Assembly: GCA_963815195.1 (NCBI GenBank)
Contig: CAWFGE010000018.1
Location: 160,001 to 224,000 of the forward strand
Source: an uncultured Planctomycetaceae bacterium
GTDB lineage: Bacteria > Planctomycetota > Planctomycetia > Planctomycetales > Planctomycetaceae
DNA: 64,000 bases
Direction of reading: 5' to 3'
In this document: in pieces, positions 41,768 to 53,173 of the stretch
Layout: each line of letters opens with the position of its first letter
Position numbering within the stretch: position 1 is the first letter of the stretch
The notes under the pieces: model-generated
What the model was told of the DNA's origin: nothing
Seen by the model: only the letters and a program-made list of their open reading frames with translations
Database searches by the model: none
Translations under genes and position numbers: made by a program

Positions 41768-42089
41768 ATGGCTTTGTATGAGATCGAAACGAACGCCCAC
41801 ATCATGATCGGGTGGGCCGAGTCGCAAGAGGACGCCGTGAAACTGGCGGCGGAGCATTATCCCGAGGAAGACGTTGTCCGCGTAACCAAGCGGCCCCGCG
41901 ACATCTGGGTGATCTCCAAAGCGATGCTGGGCGTCAAAGGCACGAGCGAGCCGTCGGACGCCGCCCGCGATTGCCTGGCCCGCGCGGGGCGACAAGCTCC
42001 ACGCCATCCGGTTGTATATGCTCGACACGGGTGCCGATCTCCACGAAGCCCAACGCGCCATCGAAACCAACATGTCGCTCGGATGGTAA
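41768..42089 (+). CDS. Small hypothetical protein (frameshift ~41985)
   Basis: MALYEIETNAHIMIGW...ARDCLARA joins GDKLHAIRLYM...IETNMSLGW*; GAGG-type RBS. Confidence 0.6.
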
Positions 42090-42134
42090 ACCTTGAGCGG
42101 CACAGGCCACAACGTCGAGAGCCAAGAGCGGCGG

Positions 42135-43093
42135 ATGTCCGGGCGACTGGTGTATTTGAACGGCGAGTTTGTCCCCGAATCCTGTGCGCGGATTTCGATT
42201 TTCGATTCGGCGCTCGTCATCGGGGACATGGCGTTTGAATCGACGCGGACGTTTCGCGGCGAGCCGTTTGAACTGGGCACGCATCTGGATCGGCTGTTCG
42301 GCACGCTCGAAATCCTGCAAATCGATTGCGGATTGACGAAAGCGGAACTCGAATCGATCACCCGCGAAGCCTTGGCCAAAAACCGCGGGACGGAACCCGC
42401 GGAAATGGAATGGCAGATCGTGCACAACATCTCGCCGGGACCCGCGGCTGTTTACCGGGCGGCGTTTTCCGAAGACGACCGGCGGCCGACGGTGTGCATC
42501 AATTGCTGGCCGTTGATTTCCCAACTCGCGGCGACGGCTCCGCTCTATGAACAGGGCGTCCGATTGGTGATTCCGGCACAACGCGCGCTGCCGCCGAGCC
42601 TGATTGACCCCGCGCGAAAACCCGCAGCCGGGTGCATACAAAGCTCGCGCAACTCGAGGCCCAAGCAATTGATCCCGGCTCGTGGCCGTTGTTATTGGAT
42701 GTGGAGGGTTACCTCGCGGAAGGGCCGGCGTGGAATGTTTTTTTCGTCAAAGACGGTCGGCTGTTGACGCCTTCCACGCGGAATGTGCTCCCCGGCGTGA
42801 GCCGCACGATCACCTTGACCCTGGCCCGCGAGTTGGGGATTCCCACGGCGGAAACCGACCTCACGCCGCACGATGCGCGCACAGCCGAGGAGATGTTCTG
42901 CACCGCGACGTCGTTTTGCGTTTTGCCCGTGCGTACTTTTGAAGGCCAAGTCCTGGGCAAAGATCTTAAAGACCGTCCCGGCCCGATCACCCGGCGACTC
43001 ATCGAAGCCTGGGCACGGCACGTGGGCGTGGATTTCATCGCACAAGCGCAACAGTTCGCCCGCGACCTCCCCGCCTGGCAGAAGAAAAAATAG
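42135..43093 (+). CDS. Class IV (branched-chain/D-amino acid-type) aminotransferase (frameshift ~42620)
   Basis: VYLNGEFV, ISIFDSAL, EGPAWNVF, LPGVSR, EEMFCTAT. Confidence 0.88.
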
Positions 43094-43312
43094 AGCCGCG
43101 CACGCAGTAAGCGGTAATGCGAAAAAAAATAGAGCCGCGCACGCAATAAGCGGTAATGCGAAAAAAATGGAGCCGCGCACGCAGTAAGCGGTAATGCGAT
43201 GAAAAAATAGAGCCGCGCACGCAGTAAGCGGTAATGCGAAAAAAAATAGAGCCGCGCACGCAGTAAGCGGTAATGCATGAAAAACAAATCCGCTTACTGC
43301 GTGCGCGGCTCT
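43085..43312. repeat. Tandem array of five 38-40 bp REP-like units plus one inverted copy
   Basis: (A)nTAGAGCCGCGCACGCAGTAAGCGGTAATGC at 43091, 43130, 43168, 43208, 43247; inverse at 43290-43312. Confidence 0.95.
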
Positions 43313-43322
43313 TTCAGGAAAT

Positions 43323-43826
43323 CTATTTCATTTCGGCCGGCTTCTTTTCTTCGATCCCCGCGAGGCGGTTGCGTTCCAGGAACGCTTGTTTGAGCCGGGC
43401 GATGGGGTACATGCGGATGACCTTGTTTTTGTAGGTCAATTGGCCCTCGGCGTTGCGGGTGATGTCTTTTTGAATGTCCGGGAGTGCCAGTCCCGCGTAG
43501 AGGGCGGCGAAGGTTTCCGGATCGACGCCGCGTCCGGTTTCCAGGTCGGCCATCGCATTGACGCCGCCGATGGAAATGGCAAACACGTTCGTGCCTTCGG
43601 TGGCGAGCTTGTAGCGGCCTTCATTGGCGAGCGCTTCCCGGGCCCCTTCCAGGGCTTTGAAGGCGGTGTCGAGTTTTTCCTTGGCGTCTTTCCCCAAGCC
43701 CTGACCGTTGTCCGGAGCCTGAGCCTGGGCGTGGACGGGCCGGGACTCCAAGAGTCCCTGGCTTCCCAGAACATAACCCAGGCCCACCAAGGCCAACGCC
43801 GCCCCGACTCGCATCAACTTGCGCAT
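43323..43826 (-). CDS. Exported hypothetical protein
   Basis: Signal peptide ending VHA; GRGVDPETFAALYAG; GAGGAG RBS. Confidence 0.8.
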   Translation of the reverse strand: MRKLMRVGAALALVGLGYVLGSQGLLESRPVHAQAQAPDNGQGLGKDAKEKLDTAFKALEGAREALANEGRYKLATEGTNVFAISIGGVNAMADLETGRGVDPETFAALYAGLALPDIQKDITRNAEGQLTYKNKVIRMYPIARLKQAFLERNRLAGIEEKKPAEMK

Positions 43827-43970
43827 GGTTGTCTCCTCATCGTGTTCGATGGATCATGTTGAGAATGGTACGGAAATCGGGCCGCCGGTTTTGCCAGCAT
43901 CCCAACTTACCATCGTGTCGGCTAGTGCGACATCATGCAAGAGGACGCGAGATTTTGCCGGTCCCGGCCG

Positions 43971-44222
43971 TCACGCGGCCCGGCGGACGGCGGCTGCCGC
44001 GGGAACGGCCGGATGGGCGCTCCCGAGCGATTTGGCGCGGCTCGACAGCGGATCGGGCATCCGCAGGGTTTGGGGCTCGGTGGGTTCGGGGGACTGGTGC
44101 GACCGCTGGAAGAACCGGCCGACATAATAGCTGAGGGACATCATCGTGCCCGTGACCAACAGGGCTGTAAAACATCCGAGCAGTGCCGTTTGGTCGTCGC
44201 TCAAGCCGTGAAAAAGTTCCAT
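43971..44222 (-). CDS. Small single-TM hypothetical protein
   Basis: LSDDQTALLGCFTALLVTGTMMSLSY hydrophobic segment; AGGAG upstream. Confidence 0.55.
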   Translation of the reverse strand: MELFHGLSDDQTALLGCFTALLVTGTMMSLSYYVGRFFQRSHQSPEPTEPQTLRMPDPLSSRAKSLGSAHPAVPAAAAVRRAA

Positions 44223-44620
44223 GGGCCTCATTGCTCCTTGGAAAAAACAGGGGGCGGATCCGTCACATCCGGGATTGCGAACGCAAAAGACGGATTCTCT
44301 CCTTGAGATCTTCGGACAACGATCCCATTCGCCTTCACTCGCATTCCGTCGGCGGCGAATGATCCGGCCGGCCGTAGTGGTTCCGTTCCATCCTGCGGCC
44401 TCTCCCCAATGCGCCGCCGGGACCGATCTTGCCGTGTTTTCGCAGTTTACGGGTTTCGATGGATGCGTCTCGCAAAAGTCCGCCCGAATTTCGGTGGCGC
44501 GGCCCTGCGACCGCGCGCAGCCCAATTTTCTTTGGTTTTGCGTGCATGTTTCGCGGAGTTTTGCCATGATGAGGGGATGGCAATCGAATTTCGCGAGGTT
44601 GATGGCGGAGGATCACGGCG

Positions 44621-45028
44621 GTGATCGTGGGGTTGGGGACCGATATTGTCGAGATCGTGCGGATCGGGCGGATGATCGAGCGGCACGGGGAACTGTTCCT
44701 CAACCGCGTCTATACGCCCGAGGAAATCCGCTACTGCCAGAAGCGCCGCGAATCGTTCCAGCATTACGCCGGCCGCTGGGCGGCAAAGGAAGCGGCGATG
44801 AAAACCCTCGGCACCGGCATGGGCCGCGGCGTGAGTTGGCAGGACATCGAAGTCTGCTCCCTCAAAACCGGACAACCGACGTTGAACATTCGCGGCGGAG
44901 CGCGGGACTTCGCGGAGAAGCTGGGGATTGATGAGATCCTCATCACCATCTCCCATTGCCGAGCCTACGCCACCGCGACCGCCATCGCCGTCCGCCGAGA
45001 AGCCGAGCGAGGGGCCTCAGCTCCATGA
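44621..45028 (+). CDS. acpS: Holo-ACP synthase
   Basis: IVGLGTDIVEI, AGRWAAKEA, ITISHC. Confidence 0.95.
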   Translation: MIVGLGTDIVEIVRIGRMIERHGELFLNRVYTPEEIRYCQKRRESFQHYAGRWAAKEAAMKTLGTGMGRGVSWQDIEVCSLKTGQPTLNIRGGARDFAEKLGIDEILITISHCRAYATATAIAVRREAERGASAP

Positions 45029-45113
45029 TCGTATCGATAAAGAATACCTTTTGATGCCCGGGGAAGATCACCGAAGGCTGGCCGGCGCGCCGGTTGGATT
45101 GGGAACTTAACAA

Positions 45114-46491
45114 ATGCAATTACTCGCAGAGCGACTGGCGAAATACGCGGCTTCGCTGAAGTACGAACAACTCGGCGACCAGACGGTCCACGAAGTTCGC
45201 CGGCGGTTGATCGACTCCTTCGCTTGCGCACTCGGGGCTTACCGGGCGGAGGCTCCGCAAATCGTCCGCCGATTGGCCACCAGCATCACGGCCGATCCCG
45301 GGGCGCGGTATCTGGGCGGCGGCAATCACCGCACCAGCCCGGAACTCGCCGCGTTCATCAACGGCGTCTTGTTTCGCTATCTGGATTACAACGACACGTA
45401 TCTGTCCCTCGAACCCGCGCATCCCAGCGACAACCTCGCGGCGATCATCGCGGCCGCCCAAGTCGCCGGGGCATCCGGGAAAGAGGTCATCACCGCGGCG
45501 GTGATCGCTTATGAAATCCAATGCCGGCTCTGCGATGCCGCGAGCATCCGCGCCCGAGGTTGGGATCATGTGACTTACGGTGCCTTCTCCGCAACCGCGG
45601 CGGCGGGGCGATTGTTCCGGCTCAAACCCGACCAACTGACAGAGGCCTTGAACCTCGCCGGCACGCCCAACATCACACTCCGCCAAACGCGGGCGGGGGA
45701 ACTCTCGCATTGGAAAGGCTGCGCGTTCGCGAATGCGTCCCGCAATGCCGTGTTCGCGGCGAGATTGGCGGCCGAAGGCCTCACCGGGCCCGCTCCGATC
45801 TTCGAGGGCGAGATGGGTTTCTTCCGCCAGGTCTCCGGTGCGTTTGAACTGCCCCCGCTGGGCGGCGAGTCGGACGCCAACCCCGACGACTTTATGATTA
45901 ACAAGACCTCGATCAAATTCTGGCCGGCGGAATATCATTCCCAAAGCGCGATCCATGCAGCGCTCGAGCTTCGCCCGCAGATTTCCGATGTCTCGGCCAT
46001 AAAGTCGATTGTGATTGAATCCTTCGACGCGGCAGTGGACATCATCGGCAAGGACCCGGAAAAATGGAGGCCCAAGACCCGCGAAACCGCCGACCACAGC
46101 CTGCCCTATTGCACCGCCGTCGCTCTGATGGAAGGCGATGTGACTTTATCATCTTTCGACGAGGCCCATCTCAAGAACAAGGCCCTGTTGGATCTGGTGG
46201 CGAAGATCGAAGTCCGCCGGGATGCGGAACTCACGAAGCGCTATCCCAAAGGCATCCCCAACCGCATCACCGTCACGATGAAGACCGGCGACACCGTGAC
46301 CGCCGAAAACGAGTTCCCCAAGGGCCACGACCAAAACCCGATGACCGATATGGAACTCACCGAAAAATTCCACCGCCTCGCCGAGGGCGTGTTAAAACCA
46401 GGCGGGGCCGAAGCCATCCTCAGCCGCGTGCTGGCATTTGGAGGAGCAGGAAACGCTGGATGGGCTGCTCGGGCAGTTTCCCGTTGCCTAA
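45114..46491 (+). CDS. prpD: MmgE/PrpD family (2-methylcitrate dehydratase); frameshift ~46430
   Basis: RYLDYNDTY, AHPSDN, GWDHVT, GELSHWKG, ETADHSLPY; the shifted frame ends ...LLGQFPVA*. Confidence 0.9.
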
Positions 46492-46647
46492 CTAATGATT
46501 CGACGCTTTGCAGCTTATTCCCAATGAATTGCTGGAATTCGACGCGAACCCCCTCCGCGGAGATCGAGTCTAAAAGGCAAAGCGGCAATCGTATAAGTTG
46601 CCAAGGTGTAACCGTCTTCGTTCCATGTGGGAGTCAGGGTTTCGATT

Positions 46648-47322
46648 ATGTCGGATGCTCGAACTTTGAAGAAGGGCATGAAGCTGTTTGTTGAAGGGAA
46701 CAATCATGGCAGATTCTTGCACTTGCATCACGCGGTTATGTCATCGCAGATTTATCCGCCGCTTCCGGGGGCTTTCAAACTGGCGGCTGACATAATCCTT
46801 GACGCGCACCTCGCCGCAAAAGGCTCGCACAACGATCGTTTGCTTTTTCCAGTGCTGTATCTTTATCGGCATTGCGTGGAATTGAAGCTGAAGGACTTGC
46901 TGCTGCTCGGAATCCGCACTGGATTCTTCCACGGGGCGGCTGCAGACAGCATCCTGGATGAAGATAAAGGAATCATTCGCCAACACCGCCTATGCGCATT
47001 GTGGAACAAGGTGAGAGATTTTCTCGCGCACAGCTATCCAAACGACTCGCAAGTGAAAGTCGCGGAGTCCATGATCAGCGAGCTACACCAGATCGACAAG
47101 GACGGGCAAACCTTGCGATACGATCGTGTCAAAGGTACGCTTCAACTCCGACGGCCGAAATACAGGCATCTCGGCGATGTTGAGTCACACCCCGTTTACA
47201 ACATTCGCGAGACCATCGACATCGCGAATCTGCGGCGGTCGATGGACTGTCTCTATGCGTACCTTGAAAGCGGTTACGATGGCATCCTTGACTGGTGGGA
47301 CGCAACCCAAGATGCGATGTAA
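46648..47322 (+). CDS. Hypothetical protein, possibly HEPN-like
   Basis: FPVLYLYRHCVELKLK, H-L-x-x-LW, D..GQTLRY pattern; more AT-rich than neighbours. Confidence 0.7.
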   Translation: MSDARTLKKGMKLFVEGNNHGRFLHLHHAVMSSQIYPPLPGAFKLAADIILDAHLAAKGSHNDRLLFPVLYLYRHCVELKLKDLLLLGIRTGFFHGAAADSILDEDKGIIRQHRLCALWNKVRDFLAHSYPNDSQVKVAESMISELHQIDKDGQTLRYDRVKGTLQLRRPKYRHLGDVESHPVYNIRETIDIANLRRSMDCLYAYLESGYDGILDWWDATQDAM

Positions 47323-47345
47323 GGGCGAATCCAGCTCTAAACCTG

Positions 47346-48074
47346 TCAGTTTTCAATCTTCATGGCCGTCACGACCAAAACATACGAGCCGTCAAAATCC
47401 TGCGACCAAAGTTGCAGATTTCCCTGCTTGTCAATCAGGTAATAATCGTCACCTGCGCGCGTCCGGGTCGCCTTCATAAACTTCCGTCCGTCATTTGAGG
47501 CTTGTTCCACCATCTTGTCTTTGCTTACGCTGCCATCACGAAATGTCTTTTCCATAAACACTGATCCATCTTGCGAAAAGATCGTGACTCGACCTGGCAA
47601 CGGTTGCTCTTCCTGAATCCATATGCCGACTATTTCGCGCGACGGGTCAGAAACTGTTTCGGGCGGCCCATTTTCTTGCTCAAGCGGCAATCCCAGAATG
47701 CGAACCTCAAGATTCGGATTGAAATGCGTCGTGGCCCAGTAACCGGCGTTGACTTTCATGCCCGGCAGGTAATACCCGACGAAAGTTCTCTCGTAATTTG
47801 ACGAATCTTGATTCTTAATTTTGTTTCCAAGTGCCTCCAAAACTTCCTTCGAGACTTTCCGATTCAGCCGAACGTCGACACTCCGTTTCATCTCTGGGAT
47901 TTTTTCCTCGTTGATGACCGTATACGTGACGTCGGTCGGAATGGCGGATTCGTGTGTGACCGATTCCACATTTTGAATACTCTGAGCAGACTTATCTTTC
48001 GCCGACGAGCACGACAATATAATGAGGACGGGCACCAGGAAAAGCATCTGGAGTCCAGTTTGTGTTTTGCTCAT
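47346..48074 (-). CDS. Hypothetical lipoprotein
   Basis: IILSC lipobox; YYLPGM...YWATTHFNPNLEVRILG. Confidence 0.75.
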   Translation of the reverse strand: MSKTQTGLQMLFLVPVLIILSCSSAKDKSAQSIQNVESVTHESAIPTDVTYTVINEEKIPEMKRSVDVRLNRKVSKEVLEALGNKIKNQDSSNYERTFVGYYLPGMKVNAGYWATTHFNPNLEVRILGLPLEQENGPPETVSDPSREIVGIWIQEEQPLPGRVTIFSQDGSVFMEKTFRDGSVSKDKMVEQASNDGRKFMKATRTRAGDDYYLIDKQGNLQLWSQDFDGSYVLVVTAMKIEN

Positions 48075-48223
48075 GGCTTGACTCCCGAAAATCGTCGGTC
48101 GATCATTGTCGCTCGAAACAAACATCCATCCAAGGTCCTTTTTCGGATGTTAGTGCCGATTTGTCAATCGACCCGCCTAACCTCACGGTCGAAAAAGTTA
48201 AGGGATTTCCGCAAATGGCTGGT

Positions 48224-48252
48224 TTGACGCGGGCAAGGTCACTCCATAAGAT
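48224..48252 (+). promoter_or_regulatory. Sigma70-type promoter upstream of rpsB
   Basis: TTGACG-17 nt-TAAGAT. Confidence 0.7.
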
Positions 48253-48312
48253 ACAAAATCCTCACGTCTGAGGGGGCAGGCCGCGTTTGTTCGGCGCGAA
48301 ATCTGCCACGTT

Positions 48313-48349
48313 GGAGCCGCCGCTGGGGCGGTTTCGTTTTTTTCTTTTT
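48313..48349 (+). terminator. Terminator-like hairpin within the rpsB leader
   Basis: GGAGCCGCC-GCTGG-GGCGGTTTC followed by GTTTTTTTCTTTTT. Confidence 0.6.
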
Positions 48350-48449
48350 CTTGTTTGTTGGTGCATCGGAACGGTCCCATTATCTCTTTGTGGCCAAAGG
48401 GTTTACGAAGAGGGGACTGTGCTGGACCCCCATTTTAGGAGACAGTTGG

Positions 48450-49187
48450 ATGCCGGAGATTGGGATCAAGGACATTCTCGACGCTGGAGTGCATTACGGG
48501 CACAAAACCAGCCGTTGGAACCCGAAGATGCGGCCGTACATTTACGGCCGGCGAAACCTGATTCACATTATTGACATCAAAGAAACCGTGCGCGGCTTGA
48601 TCCGGGCGCAGAAGTACCTCACGAAGGTCTCGTCGCAAGGGAGCCTCATTTTGTTCGTCGGCACCAAACGCCAGGCCGCCGACCCCATCCGCGAAGCCGC
48701 CGAAACCTGCCGCATGCCTTATGTGACCGAACGCTGGCTGGGCGGGACGCTGACCAATTTCCGCACGATCCGCAGCCGGCTGGAACGGCTGGAAGAACTC
48801 GAAAACCTGAGGGAAACCGGCCAATTGGAGGCGTTCTCCAAGAAGATGCAGTCCACTTTGAATCGGGAATACCGCAAGATTTACCGGAACCTCAACGGCA
48901 TCCGCCACATGAATCGGCTGCCGGAAGCGTTGGTCGTCGTCGATCCCAAAAAGGAAAAGAACGCCGTCCACGAAGCGCACCTGATCGGGGCGAAGATCGT
49001 GGGGCTGATCGATACCGATTCCGATCCGGACGAGGTGGACCTGCCGATCCCCGGCAACGACGACAGCATCCGCTCCATCCGGCTGATGTTGGACTACCTT
49101 GTCGATTCCATCAAGCGCGGCCGCACGTCGCTGCCCGAAGAACCCACAAAACCCGCAGACGAACCGAAAGCGATTCCGTCGCTCTAA
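48450..49187 (+). CDS. rpsB: 30S ribosomal protein S2
   Basis: [33 protein letters not shown]. Confidence 0.97.
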   Translation: MPEIGIKDILDAGVHYGHKTSRWNPKMRPYIYGRRNLIHIIDIKETVRGLIRAQKYLTKVSSQGSLILFVGTKRQAADPIREAAETCRMPYVTERWLGGTLTNFRTIRSRLERLEELENLRETGQLEAFSKKMQSTLNREYRKIYRNLNGIRHMNRLPEALVVVDPKKEKNAVHEAHLIGAKIVGLIDTDSDPDEVDLPIPGNDDSIRSIRLMLDYLVDSIKRGRTSLPEEPTKPADEPKAIPSL

Positions 49188-49193
49188 TGAAAT

Positions 49194-49340
49194 GGCGAGC
49201 GGGGGGCGTCAGCCCCCTGATGTCTCACGTTCGCTTCAGCGCACCCCCGCTTGCGTTGTTTTCGGGTTATTACGGTTCAAGACTCTTTACACATCGTACA
49301 CATCTCGGCGAGATCATGGGGCTGACGCCCCACGCTCGCC
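49194..49340. repeat. REP doublet (GGCGAGCG..GGCGTCAGCC family)
   Basis: GGCGAGCGGGGGGCGTCAGCCCC / GGGGCTGACGCCCCACGCTCGCC; relatives at 50211-50345 and 971-1080. Confidence 0.8.
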
Positions 49341-49373
49341 ATGCTCGGAACTTTACAGAGGAGACCGATTGTC

Positions 49374-50210
49374 ATGGCTGAAATCACGGCGGCGGCAGTC
49401 AAACAACTCCGGGAGATCACCGACCTCCCGATGATGGAATGCAAAAAAGCCCTCGTCGAAGCCGGGGGCGATCAGGACAAGGCCATCGAAATCCTCAAAG
49501 AGAATTTCAAAAAGGTCCAGGTCAAACGGGCGGCCAACGAAACTTCCGAGGGGCGGATTTTCGTGGCGACCAAAGACGACGGCAGCGAAGCCGCGCTGGT
49601 CGAAATCCAATGCGAATCCGCTCCGGTCGCGACGGGGGCGTCGCTCGAAGAGTTCGGCACCCTCTGCGTCAAGCAGCTTTTGGAAGGTCCCGGAGCCAAA
49701 ACACCCGAAGAACTCTTGAGCCAACCCGCTCCGGCCGGCAGCGGCAAAACGCTCAATACCTTGTTTGAAGAAATGGTCAACAAAATCCGCGAGAAGATCG
49801 TGATCCAAAACGTGGACCGCGTGGACGGGCCGGTCGGCGTGTATGTGCACCACGACGGCAAAACCGGCGTGTTGTTCCAGGCGACAGGCGAAGCGTCCGA
49901 TCCTAGGGTCCTGCGGGATGTCGCCATGCACATCGCGGCGCTCCGGCCGGATTACGTCACCCCGGAAGGCGTGAGCCCGGACGAAGTCAAAGCCGAACGC
50001 GACCGACTGACCGCGGAAGCCAAGGCCACCGGCAAGCCGGACAACATCATCGACAAAATCGTGGACGGCCGGATGAAGAACTTCTTCATCGAAAAGGGCG
50101 TCCTCGAATACCAGCCGTTCGCCAAGGATGATACGAAGTCCGTCAGCCAGGCCCTCGCGGAAAACGGCTTGAAGGCGAAATCGTTCGTCCTGCGGAAGAT
50201 CGGAGCCTAA
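49374..50210 (+). CDS. tsf: Elongation factor Ts
   Basis: [42 protein letters not shown]. Confidence 0.96.
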   Translation: MAEITAAAVKQLREITDLPMMECKKALVEAGGDQDKAIEILKENFKKVQVKRAANETSEGRIFVATKDDGSEAALVEIQCESAPVATGASLEEFGTLCVKQLLEGPGAKTPEELLSQPAPAGSGKTLNTLFEEMVNKIREKIVIQNVDRVDGPVGVYVHHDGKTGVLFQATGEASDPRVLRDVAMHIAALRPDYVTPEGVSPDEVKAERDRLTAEAKATGKPDNIIDKIVDGRMKNFFIEKGVLEYQPFAKDDTKSVSQALAENGLKAKSFVLRKIGA

Positions 50211-51385
<1,175 letters not shown>

Positions 51386-51888
51386 TGATCGCGGTCAACG
51401 ATTGGAGCACGCAAAAGCGAAAAAGCTGGCGGGGATTGTCAAATGCATCGGTCATGATGGCTGGTCCTCGTGGAGAAAGAAATCGCCTGGAAGAGATTGT
51501 GCTTCACCGGTTGCGATCGGGCCGAAACATCCGAGACCCACAGCAAGTCTAGAGAAGGTTTTCGCGGCAGGCCAAAGAGATTTTCCCGATTTCCTCTCGA
51601 ATTCTCAAACGTGGCATTTCGGCAACATCCTCTGTGGCAAACGCGAAACATCGCGTGGCGGTTGCAACGCAAATCGAGACTGCCGAAACGAAACGTCGCC
51701 GCCCGGCGACGGGATTCTCCCGATCGATCGCCTGGTTTTTTGCCGGAATTGATCGGAGACCTCGCCGCGGCATTCACGCGTACCGGTCGGGAAACATGGC
51801 CGTCCAGTCTGTGGAAAATCGCGGTTTTGCGTTACACTATCTATTGTTTTGATCGGGCGTTCCCAAACAATGGCGGAGCTGAAATCCC

Positions 51889-53170
51889 ATGATGCGTTTT
51901 ACCCAAAACCGGCGGACGTTTTTGAAGGCCGCCGGCGTTTGCATCGCGCTGCCGATGTTCGAGTCGCTGCCTCGCTTGGGCGCGGCCGGGAAGAAAACCC
52001 AAGCCCCCCGGCGGATGGTCTGCATTGGGAACGAGTTCGGCATGTATCCCGGCGCATTCTGGCCGAAGTCTTTCGGGGCCGACTATGAACTGACCCCGCT
52101 CTTAAAACCGCTGGAACCACACCGGCGGGAGATGACGCTGTTCTCGCATCTCGACCACGGCCAGAAGGGCGGGCACTTTGCTGTGCATACGTTTTTGACG
52201 GGCGTGAAATCGTCGGACGCCAAGGGGATGCCCGAAGGCGGGATCAGCGTGGACCAGCGGGCGGCGGAGTTCGTCGGCTCGCGGACGCGATTCCCTTCGC
52301 TGACCGTCGGCTCGGAAAGCGGACTGCACGGCGGCTGCATGATCGAGCTGGACCCGCACAGGCACCCGCATTCCGCCGATCTCCGGCCCGCGGGAACTGT
52401 TCCGGGCCTTGTTTGTCGAAGACGATGCCGACGCCAAACAGAAGGCCGCCGACCGGATTCGCCTTCAAGGCTCCATCCTCGACGCGGTCCAAGGCGATGC
52501 GGACTCCCTCAAACGCCGGTTGAACAAAGCCGACACCGACAAGTTGGAGGAATACTTCGCGGCCGTCCGCGATGTGGAAGTCAAACTGGAACTCGACACA
52601 CACTGGCAAAAAGTGCCCAAGCCGAAGACGGGCTATCCCGAACCGCAAAACCAAGGCCTGACCCGCGACCTGCCCGCCATTTATGATTTGATGGCCCTCG
52701 CGATCCAGACCGATTCGACCCGCGTGGCCACGCTGGAAATCGGCGGCAGTTTCGCGGCGTCGGATTTGGGCATCCGCAAAGGCTATCACAGCCTGTCCCA
52801 TCACGGGCACGTCCCGGAAAACATCGACCTGTTGGTCGAGATCGAAGAATACCAGATGGCCCAGTTCGCCCGCTTTTTGGACAAGCTCAAATCCCTCCGC
52901 GATCCCGAAACCGACGGCAGCCTCTTGGACCGCACGATGGTCCTGTTGGGCAGCGGCATGGGCAACGCCAACTCCCACACGAACACCGATCTGCCGATCC
53001 TCCTCGCAGGCGGCGGCTTCAAGCACGGCGAGCACAAACAGTATCCCCAAGACAGCCGGAAGCGCGTGCCGTTGTGCAATCTGTACGTCTCGATGCTCCA
53101 ACAATTCGGCGTCGAAACCGACCGCTTCAGCACCGCCACCGGCACCTTGACCGGTTTGGAGCGAGCGTGA
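51889..53170 (+). CDS. DUF1552 protein (frameshift ~52345)
   Basis: NRRTFLKAAGVCIALPMFES, ISVDQRAA, TDSTRVAT, YHSLSHH, GSGMGNANSH. Confidence 0.9.
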
Positions 53171-53173
53171 GCC

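Noticed and set aside
43085..43312. CRISPR array
   Set aside because: Units are contiguous with only A-tracts between them, there are no unique spacers or cas genes, and the core matches a dispersed REP family
46492..48200. Second integron cassette array
   Set aside because: No RYYYAAC...GTTRRRY paired attC structures found around these convergent genes
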